NCBI GenBank assembly: GCA_046538345.1
Contig: JBKHJB010000003.1
Coordinates: forward strand, 1 to 36,940
Length of the DNA: 36,940 bases
Source: Phycisphaerae bacterium
GTDB taxonomy: Bacteria > Planctomycetota > Phycisphaerae > SM23-33
Direction of reading: 5' to 3'
The notes beneath the pieces were generated by a model. It had not been told where the DNA came from. It saw nothing but the letters and a program-made list of their open reading frames with translations, and did no database searches. The position numbers and the translations under genes were made by a program. The first letter of the stretch is position 1. Each line of letters opens with the position of its first letter. Of the stretch, positions 1-6,889 are shown piece by piece.

Positions 1-415
1 CGCAGTCTTCAGCGTCTCGGAGCTCGTGGGCGACGGCGTCTAGAACGCCATTAACGAATCGCGGGCTTTCAGCGGTGGAGAATTCCTTCGCCAGGCGGAT
101 CGCCTCGCTGATGACCACTTTGTAGGGAGCCGTCCCGGTGCGAAGTTCGTGAACGCCCAGACGCAGTATGTTGCGGTCAACCACGGCCAACCGTCGGACG
201 TCCCAGTTGCGGGCATGGCGGGTGAGGATCTCGTCGCAGGCGTCGCGGTCCGCGAAGGCGGATTTGGTGAGCTGCCTGGCCGCGTGAGTAACGGTCAGCT
301 CGTCCCGCGCGTCGTCGATGAACTGCTCGACGCTCTGCATGGAGCGCGCGCCTTGAGCGTCCAGACAGCACAATCCCTGAAGGGCGAGGCGTCTTGCCCG
401 GTGGTGCACTTTCAC
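1..415 (-). CDS. nusB: Transcription antitermination factor NusB, 3' end truncated by the window edge
   Basis: Missing from the ORF track; translated by hand from GTG at 415: MKVHHRARRLALQGLCCLD...NWDVRRLAVVDRNILRLGVHEL...VVISEAIRLAKEFSTAESPRFVNGVLDAV. These are NusB motifs, and the gene sits directly downstream of ribH (conserved ribH-nusB pair). Confidence 0.95.
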   Translation of the reverse strand, partial: MKVHHRARRLALQGLCCLDAQGARSMQSVEQFIDDARDELTVTHAARQLTKSAFADRDACDEILTRHARNWDVRRLAVVDRNILRLGVHELRTGTAPYKVVISEAIRLAKEFSTAESPRFVNGVLDAVAHELRDAEDC

Positions 416-427
416 GGATGCGGTCCG

Positions 428-907
428 CTACCTGCCGCCGCCGGGAAGCTGGCGGAGCAGGTTTACGGTCTCGACGGCCGACCTCGCGGCGTCGGCGCCC
501 TTGTTGCCGCTCTTGGCGCCGGCGCGTTCGACGGCCTGCTCTATGCTGTCACACGTCAAGACCCCCAGCAGGCAGGGAACGCCGGTAGCCATCGCGGTCT
601 GCGCGATGCCCTTGGTAGCTTCCGACGCGACGTAGCGATGATGCTCCGTACCTCCGCGGATGACCGCGCCCAGGCAGATTACAGCGTCGTAGTCGCCGCT
701 TTTGGCAAGGCGCGAGGCAATTACCGGTATCTCAAAGCTCCCGGGCGACCAGACCACGTCCACCGCCTCGTCGGAAGCGCCCATGCGGCGCAGCTCGTCG
801 GTACACCCCTGCAGGAGGCGGGCGGTGACAAATTCATTGAAACGGCTGACCAGGACGGCGAATCTGGCATCCGCCGGTACGATCAGCTTTCCGTTGTATT
901 CGCTCAT
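428..907 (-). CDS. ribH: 6,7-dimethyl-8-ribityllumazine synthase (159 aa)
   Basis: Motifs SRFNEFVT, PGSFEIP, ICLGAVIRGGTEH, QAVERAGAKSGNKGADAA. Start reassigned to ATG at 907, with an AAGGAG RBS upstream. Confidence 0.97.
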   Translation of the reverse strand: MSEYNGKLIVPADARFAVLVSRFNEFVTARLLQGCTDELRRMGASDEAVDVVWSPGSFEIPVIASRLAKSGDYDAVICLGAVIRGGTEHHRYVASEATKGIAQTAMATGVPCLLGVLTCDSIEQAVERAGAKSGNKGADAARSAVETVNLLRQLPGGGR

Positions 908-942
908 GTCGGTATGCTCCTTGGAAGCGTCAACAGCGACTA

Positions 943-971
943 AGTATAGACCTGCCGGGGGAATGCTGCAA
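943..971 (-). promoter_or_regulatory. Sigma70-type promoter for ribH-nusB
   Basis: Minus strand TTGCAG (971-966), 17 bp spacer, TATACT (948-943), ending about 35 bp upstream of the ribH start. Confidence 0.65.
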
Positions 972-1121
972 GCCCCGCAATGGGCGAACCGCCGGGTGAA
1001 GCCGCTCATCGCCGGGAGCATTCGACCCCCTGTGGTCCTGCCCACCGAGGACTCCCGGCCGACCGGGGCGGCTGAGGCGAGGGGTTTTGCCCTCCCGCCT
1101 CCGCCCCAAAACCCCTTCCAC

Positions 1122-1184
1122 AATCCATCGAGAGGTGTTAATCTACGCAGTCTTGGAAAAATATACGGTCTAGGCAATCAAGTC
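1122..1184 (+). promoter_or_regulatory. Phased 9-bp imperfect direct repeats, putative operator of the downstream HTH-REC regulator
   Basis: AATCCATCG (1122), AATCTACGC (1140), AGTCTTGGA (1149), GGTCTAGGC (1167), AATCAAGTC (1176). All start in the same 9-bp register within an AT-rich patch. Confidence 0.5.
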
Positions 1185-1284
1185 AAACCCGTTCTGAGGC
1201 CGATGGAAAAGATGGTGTCCACGTCGCCGCTTTCATGGCGGCGACGGGAAAAGAGCCGGCGGAGAGCCGCGGGAGGTTCGTAAA

Positions 1285-1854
1285 GTGCGACACAAGGCCG
1301 TCTTCACAACGGGCGAGGCCGCCGAGGTTTGTCGGCTATCGCAGCAGACCATTATCCGCTGTTTCGACAGCGGACAGCTCCAGGGCTTTCGCGTCCCGGG
1401 CAGCAAGTTCCGGCGCATACCGCGCGACGCGCTGATCAACTTCATGGAAGAAAACGGCATCCCCACCGACGCCCTGGGTGGCAATAAGGTTCGCGTGCTG
1501 GTGGTGGACGACGACCCGGAGATTATCGAGCTGTTCGTGGACGTGCTGGAATCCGACGGCAGGTTCGAGGTCGAGACCGCCAAGACCGGCTACGACGCCG
1601 GCGTCCTGACGCAGAAGTTCAACCCCGACATAGTCGTGCTGGACTACATGCTTCCGGACGTAAACGGCGACGTGGTCTGCCGGACCATACGCGACAATCC
1701 GGACCTGAACCACATCCGGATACTGTTCATCTCCGGCGTGGTCGCGCCGTCGGAGGTGGACCGGCTCAAGGAAGCCGGCGCCGACGATTTCATCAAGAAG
1801 CCATTCAATATGGACCAGGTCGTTGAGCGGATGACAAAGCTGGTCAAGGCCTGA
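1285..1854 (+). CDS. Response regulator with N-terminal excisionase/MerR-like (HTH_17, BldC-like) DNA-binding domain and C-terminal receiver domain
   Basis: N-terminus VFTTGEAAEVCRLSQQTIIRCFDSGQLQGFRVPGSKFRRIP. Receiver motifs VLVVDDD, VVLDYMLPD, ISG, FIKKPF. GGAGG RBS upstream of the GTG start. Confidence 0.92.
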   Translation: MRHKAVFTTGEAAEVCRLSQQTIIRCFDSGQLQGFRVPGSKFRRIPRDALINFMEENGIPTDALGGNKVRVLVVDDDPEIIELFVDVLESDGRFEVETAKTGYDAGVLTQKFNPDIVVLDYMLPDVNGDVVCRTIRDNPDLNHIRILFISGVVAPSEVDRLKEAGADDFIKKPFNMDQVVERMTKLVKA

Positions 1855-1872
1855 GCGTAAGAGGCGCATACC

Positions 1873-4086
1873 GTGCCCGACGATGCGCGACAATCCCCGC
1901 CCAGGGAGCATGCCCTTACCGCCGAGCGGATCGCAGAGGATTTGCGCCGTCGCGACGGCGTGTCGCTGGATGTGCTGGCGGCCGCCGCAATCGTGCAAGA
2001 GGCCCGTGCCGGCGCCGACGAGCAACGGCTCTGCGAGCTTGCCTCCGCCGACGCCGCCGTCGCCGCCCGACTGCTCTCCGCCGCCCGCAAATGTGACACG
2101 CACGTCGCGGACCTCAACTCCGCTGTCGCAATGCTCGGCGCCGACGGTGTAACGGCCGTGGTGGTCTCGGCTCCCACCTTTCGTACAACCGACGCGCCGC
2201 GGGGCGCGCTGAACCGGCGAAAGCTGGCGCTGCACTCGCGCGCCGTCGCGGCAGCCGCGGAACTGAGTTGCCAGAAATCCGCCTCGCTCGCCGAACCCCG
2301 TCGCGCCTGGCTGTGGGGGCTGCTGCACGACATCGGCAAGCTCTCGCTGGCGGAGGTCGCCCCGAAAAGTCACGCCCGCGCCTGCGACGAAGCCCGCCTG
2401 CACGCCGACGAGCTGGCGGTTCAGGAGCGGCGCATCATAGGATTGGACCACACGGAAGCCGGTCGCCGCCTGGCCGAAATATGCCGTCTGGACGACGAGA
2501 CCACGCGGGCAATCTGGCTGCACCATCAGCCCGCCGACGCACTACCGGCGGACACCGGGACCAGCGAACCCGCCATGCTGGCAACGCTGGCAGACGTACT
2601 GGCCCGCCAGGCCGGTGCGGGCGATTCCGGCAGCCACTGCCCAGCCCACGTCCCGACCGAAACGGTACAATCGCTGGGACTCGGCGAAGCCGATTTAGCC
2701 GACATACGCGAGGCGCTGGCAGCGGAAGCCGCCAAGATACGCCCGCTTCTGGAAGGTGACGAAGACGCGGCCGAGCGAGAACTGCATACCGCCCGGCTGG
2801 AACTGGCACGCCGGCAGTTGGATGCGCCCCGCCTCGCGGGCGCCGCTGAGCTGCTGGACGGATTTGCCTCTGAATTGGACGCCGACTCGAAACCGTCGGA
2901 CGTGCTCGAAGCCGTCGCCGCAGCCGCCGCGGGAGACGAGCCGGTCGAGGTGCTGGCATACGCGATTGAGCCGGGGGGCGAGTCGGTCCTGTTGTTGCGC
3001 AGAACTCCGGCAGGTCGAAACGAAAGCCGCATACTCCCCGCGGACAAGGTAGTTGCCGACGGGCCGGCCCCGGCTGAGACCAACGCGGAAACCGTCGCCG
3101 GGATGCTGCTGGCCGACGCGGACGCCCTTACGGATTTCGCCGGGCTTGCGGGTCTGTCCCACCGCGCGCTTAGCCGCGGCGGGACATGGGCCGGGGGCGT
3201 GTTTGCGCCGTCCGAGGTAATCGGGGGCGATTTCCAGGCCGCAGCGGGTGTGATGGCTGTGGTGCTGGCATTGGCCGGTCGAACGTCGGTCGAGCGACAA
3301 ACGGCCGAGCAGCTCGCAGCCGCTGGTCGGACGATGGACCAGAGCCGTCGCCTGCTGGACGAGAACCGCACGCTTGCGACCATCGCCGAGATGGCCGCCG
3401 GCGCCGCCCACGAGATCAACACCCCTTTGGCGGTGATTTCCGGTCGGGCGCAGTGGATGCTCTCCCGCAGCGAGGACCAGACCGAGCATCGGACCTGGCA
3501 GACAGTGGCGGACAAGGCCCAGCAGGTAAGCGACGTGATAACAGCGCTTATGGAGTATGCCCGGCCGCCGGCGCCTCAGCCGGAAGCGATCGACCCCCGC
3601 GAGTTGCTGACCTCGGTCGCTGGGCGATTTTCCGCATCGGAACATCCTCAGGCCGGGAGCATTCGTGTCGATATAGAGACAGACGACGATGTGCCGGTCG
3701 TCTGGGCCGACCGCTCGCAGTTGTCCTCGGCGCTGAGCGAGCTGCTCAATAACGCGGCGACTGCGGCGGCCGAGACGGGTCGCCGGGAAGTACGCCTCTG
3801 GGCAAAGGGCGACGCCACCGGCCAGCGCGTGGTGCTGGCGGTCAGCGACGCCGGGGGCGGCATGGACCCGAAGCTGGCCGGGGCGGCTACGACGCCGTTT
3901 TACTGCTCGCAACAGGCCGGACGACGACGAGGGCTTGGGCTGTCGATGGCCAAGCGATACGCCGAGATAAACGCCGGCTCGCTGCGAATAGCCACCGCGG
4001 CCGGCGCCGGAACGACCGTAAGAATAGAGCTACCTGCCGCAGGGAGCAGCGATGAACACCGACAGCGGACAGAAAACAGCACATAG
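1873..4086 (+). CDS. Cytoplasmic HDOD-domain sensor histidine kinase
   Basis: HDOD/HD-like motifs LLHDIGKL, DHTEAG, IWLHHQP. H-box AAHEINTPLAVISGRAQ, N-box ELLNNA, DAGGGM, GRRRGLGL. No transmembrane segment seen. Confidence 0.88.
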   Translation: MPDDARQSPPREHALTAERIAEDLRRRDGVSLDVLAAAAIVQEARAGADEQRLCELASADAAVAARLLSAARKCDTHVADLNSAVAMLGADGVTAVVVSAPTFRTTDAPRGALNRRKLALHSRAVAAAAELSCQKSASLAEPRRAWLWGLLHDIGKLSLAEVAPKSHARACDEARLHADELAVQERRIIGLDHTEAGRRLAEICRLDDETTRAIWLHHQPADALPADTGTSEPAMLATLADVLARQAGAGDSGSHCPAHVPTETVQSLGLGEADLADIREALAAEAAKIRPLLEGDEDAAERELHTARLELARRQLDAPRLAGAAELLDGFASELDADSKPSDVLEAVAAAAAGDEPVEVLAYAIEPGGESVLLLRRTPAGRNESRILPADKVVADGPAPAETNAETVAGMLLADADALTDFAGLAGLSHRALSRGGTWAGGVFAPSEVIGGDFQAAAGVMAVVLALAGRTSVERQTAEQLAAAGRTMDQSRRLLDENRTLATIAEMAAGAAHEINTPLAVISGRAQWMLSRSEDQTEHRTWQTVADKAQQVSDVITALMEYARPPAPQPEAIDPRELLTSVAGRFSASEHPQAGSIRVDIETDDDVPVVWADRSQLSSALSELLNNAATAAAETGRREVRLWAKGDATGQRVVLAVSDAGGGMDPKLAGAATTPFYCSQQAGRRRGLGLSMAKRYAEINAGSLRIATAAGAGTTVRIELPAAGSSDEHRQRTENST

Positions 4087-5071
4087 CACCCACAGCGTGC
4101 TGGTTGTGGACGACGAGCCGGAACTGCGCGAGCTGCTGGTCGATGCGCTTTCGGTGCCCGGGCTGCACGTGGCTGCCGTGGGCAGTGGGCGCGAGGCCGT
4201 CGAGCTGGCACAGCGGTCCGCGCCGGACTTCGTGGTCGCGGACCTGCAACTTTCCGACTGCACCGGGTTGGATGTAATCGACCGCGTGCGGGCGCTGGCG
4301 GGCGACGTACCGGCTGTGGTCATCACCGGACACCGCGACCCGGACTGGCTCAGCCGTGCTTCGCAACGCCGACCGGTTGAGATGATGATAAAGCCGTTGG
4401 ACGTGGATCGACTGCGAGAGACCATAGAGCGGGAAATCGACCGGCGGGAACACTTCGAGCGGAATCACCGTCGGACGCAACGCCTGCGTCGGCTCGCCCG
4501 CAACGCCAACCAGCAGCGCAAGACCGCCCAGCGAGAGCTGGAAACCACCTGCGCGGACCTTTCCAGCGCCTACCGTTCGCTCAGCGGACAGGTGGTGCTC
4601 CAGAACGCCGTGCTCAGCTACCAGCAGGAGCTGCTTTCGGCGAAAAACGACGACGACGTTTTCCGCGCCATGTTCCGTACGTGGGTTCACCGCTGCGGAC
4701 CGGTTTTCGGTGTCAGCATGGTCTGCAACGACGAGGCGAAGCTGCGGATCGCAGGCAGGTTCGGCGTGCCGCATCCCGACGGCATCCGCTTCTGCGAGCA
4801 CCTGGCCCAGCCGATTATAGACACTGTCCTGACCACGCCGGACATCGCCCCCATCGACGCCGGAGAGATTGCCGAAACCTTCGACGGGTGCATACGCAAG
4901 TATCTCGTCGGCCTGACCGTCCTGCCGGTTCCCCTGCTGCCGTCGCCGGGCGAGATGATCGGGCTGGTGGTGCTGTATCGCAAAGGCGAGCAGCCCTTCA
5001 CCGACGCGGACCTTTCGCTTGCCGAGGTGCTCAGCCACCCGACAGCCGTCGCGCTGCGACGAAACGATTGA
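4052..5071 (+). CDS. Receiver-domain protein with coiled coil and C-terminal GAF-like domain
   Basis: Receiver motifs VLVVDDEPE, VVADLQL, VITG, MIKPLD. Charged helical linker, then a GAF-like end (VPLL...GEMIGLVVLYRKGEQPFTDADLSLAEVLS). Overlaps the kinase 3' end. Confidence 0.85.
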   Translation: MNTDSGQKTAHSTHSVLVVDDEPELRELLVDALSVPGLHVAAVGSGREAVELAQRSAPDFVVADLQLSDCTGLDVIDRVRALAGDVPAVVITGHRDPDWLSRASQRRPVEMMIKPLDVDRLRETIEREIDRREHFERNHRRTQRLRRLARNANQQRKTAQRELETTCADLSSAYRSLSGQVVLQNAVLSYQQELLSAKNDDDVFRAMFRTWVHRCGPVFGVSMVCNDEAKLRIAGRFGVPHPDGIRFCEHLAQPIIDTVLTTPDIAPIDAGEIAETFDGCIRKYLVGLTVLPVPLLPSPGEMIGLVVLYRKGEQPFTDADLSLAEVLSHPTAVALRRND

Positions 5072-5175
5072 CGGCGTTAGTTTCGGGCAATGCCGAAGGC
5101 ATCCCGTTGGGAGTATGCCCGGCAGCGCAAGCCCACGCCGTAAGGCGGGGCCAAAACACACACCGATGCGCAGAC

Positions 5176-5214
5176 AAAAGGTCCGGAGTCTCCCAAAAAA
5201 ACTCCGGACCTTTT
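5176..5214. terminator. Probable bidirectional intrinsic terminator
   Basis: Perfect 14-bp inverted repeat AAAAGGTCCGGAGT / ACTCCGGACCTTTT, giving a T-tract on both strands, between convergent genes. Confidence 0.8.
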
Positions 5215-5273
5215 CGTAACGCTTCAGTTCCCGCTTGCGGTTCTTCCCGGCGCTTCAAGCACCGGACACCGTC

Positions 5274-5329
5274 AGCCGCTCAACGGCTCAACTGATTGAC
5301 TGCTTCCCTGATTAACCGGCTAACCAGCT
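5274..5329 (-). repeat. Degenerate 8-bp tandem repeats starting at the ahcY stop codon
   Basis: Plus-strand units AGCCGCTC AACGGCTC AACTGATT GACTGCTT CCCTGATT AACCGGCT AACCAGCT. Confidence 0.6.
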
Positions 5330-6599
5330 ACGTTCCCATATCGAAGCTGGCGAGGTACTTCTTCTGCTCGCCGGTGAGCTTGTCGATCTTGATGCCCATG
5401 CTCTTGAGCTTCAGCCAGGCGACTTCCTCGTCGATTTCCGACGGTACGCCGTGGACCTTGACGTCCAGCTTGCCTTCCTGCTTGATGGCGTAGCTCGTCG
5501 TCAGCGCCTGGGTGGCGAAGGACATGTCCATAACGGCCGCGGGGTGCCCTTCCGCGCAGGCAAGGTTGACCAGTCGGCCTTCGCCGAGCACGAAGATGCG
5601 TCGGTCGTTGGGCATGACATATTCGTCGATGTTCTCTCGGATGCCGCGGTTGACCTTCTTGGCGTCGTCTTTGAGCGCCTCGAGATTCAGCTCGACGTTG
5701 AAGTGCCCGCTGTTGCAGACGATGGCGCCGTCCTTCATCTTCTTGAAGTGGGCGCGGTCGAGCACGTGGATGTCGCCGGTAACGGTGATGAACAAATCGC
5801 CGATGCCAGCCGCCTGTCGAGTAGGCATCACGCGATAGCCGTCCATCGCCGCCTCAAGCGCCCGGACGGGGTCGGTCTCGCAAATGACCACGTTGGCGCC
5901 GGCGCCTTCGGCACGGGTGGCTACGCCCCGGCCACACCAGCCGTAGCCGATGACCACAACGGTCTTGCCGGCCATCAGAATATCCGTCGCGCGGATGATC
6001 CCGTCGATGCTGCTCTGCCCGGTACCGTAGCGGTTGTCGAACAGGTGCTTGGTCATCGCGTCGTTTACGGCGAAGACCGGGAACTTCAGCACGCCGTGGT
6101 CGGACATCGCCCGCAGCCGGATAACGCCGGTGGTGGTCTCCTCCATCGAGGCGACGATGCTGTCGCCGTAGTCGCTCATATCGCCGTGCAGTGCGTTTAC
6201 CAAATCGGCGCCGTCGTCCATCGTGACGGTGGGACGATGCTTGCAGGCGTTCTGGATGTGGCTGTAGTAGGTCTTGCGGTCCTCGCCCTTGATCGCCTGG
6301 ACGTTAACGCCGAAGTCCTTCACCAGCGAGGCGGCGACGTCGTCCTGCGTGCTCAGCGGGTTGGAGGCGACCAGCAGCAGGTCGGCCCCGCCGGCGGCGA
6401 GCGTCCGCGCCAAATTGGCCGTCTCAGCGGTAACGTGCAGACATGCGCTCATGCGCCGACCCTTGAGGGGCTTGTCCTTCGCGAACCGGTCGCGAATCTG
6501 GGCGAGCACGGGCATGTTGTTGTCCGCCCAGAGGATGCGGCGCTTGCCCTCGGTGGCGAGTTTCAGGTCCTTTACGTGGTAGTCCTTTGCCTTTGCCAT
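5328..6599 (-). CDS. ahcY: Adenosylhomocysteinase (423 aa)
   Basis: Motifs CLHVTAETA, SNPLSTQDD, DDGADL, EETTTG, FDNRYGTGQS, GYGWCGRG, GRLVNLACAEGHP. ATG at 6599 with an AGGAG RBS. Confidence 0.98.
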   Translation of the reverse strand: MAKAKDYHVKDLKLATEGKRRILWADNNMPVLAQIRDRFAKDKPLKGRRMSACLHVTAETANLARTLAAGGADLLLVASNPLSTQDDVAASLVKDFGVNVQAIKGEDRKTYYSHIQNACKHRPTVTMDDGADLVNALHGDMSDYGDSIVASMEETTTGVIRLRAMSDHGVLKFPVFAVNDAMTKHLFDNRYGTGQSSIDGIIRATDILMAGKTVVVIGYGWCGRGVATRAEGAGANVVICETDPVRALEAAMDGYRVMPTRQAAGIGDLFITVTGDIHVLDRAHFKKMKDGAIVCNSGHFNVELNLEALKDDAKKVNRGIRENIDEYVMPNDRRIFVLGEGRLVNLACAEGHPAAVMDMSFATQALTTSYAIKQEGKLDVKVHGVPSEIDEEVAWLKLKSMGIKIDKLTGEQKKYLASFDMGT

Positions 6600-6647
6600 G
6601 CAGTATCTCCTGTCAAATTGGGGGAAAGCGATACTTCGAGCCAAGCT

Positions 6648-6675
6648 ATCATAGGCCCGGCGCGGCGAATTGCAA
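6648..6675 (-). promoter_or_regulatory. Sigma70-type promoter for ahcY
   Basis: Minus strand TTGCAA (6675-6670), 16 bp spacer, TATGAT (6653-6648). Confidence 0.55.
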
Positions 6676-6889
6676 GGATTGCTCGTTGCCCGTATTTGAT
6701 CCACACCGCACGGGCAGCGAGAATTTCCCGGCTTTTCCGGAACTTCTGAACTCCGGTGACGTCAAAGCCGACAGCAGCAACAGCAGCCGCGCTGCAATTT
6801 CTCGGGTATTGATTTCGGCCTCGCCAACACAACGGCGGCGGCCCATACAATATGGAACAACCGATGCCTGAAACCATAGGAGAGAAATA

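Noticed and set aside
149-943. 264-aa plus-strand ORF
   Set aside because: Antisense shadow of nusB and ribH with no recognisable motifs.
908-1120. FMN riboswitch upstream of ribH
   Set aside because: No FMN consensus segments are visible, and the predicted promoter at 943-971 leaves a leader of only about 30 nt.
1285-1470. Excisionase marking a prophage or integrative element
   Set aside because: The HTH is fused to a receiver domain, and no integrase, att site, tRNA or compositional shift is seen nearby.
5451-6749. Long alternative-frame or antisense ORFs over ahcY (likewise over the sulfatase, yidC, transglutaminase and ychF)
   Set aside because: They overlap confidently identified genes and are explained by GC3 codon bias.
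6600-6889. SAH or SAM riboswitch upstream of ahcY
   Set aside because: No recognisable consensus, and the predicted leader of about 40 nt is too short.
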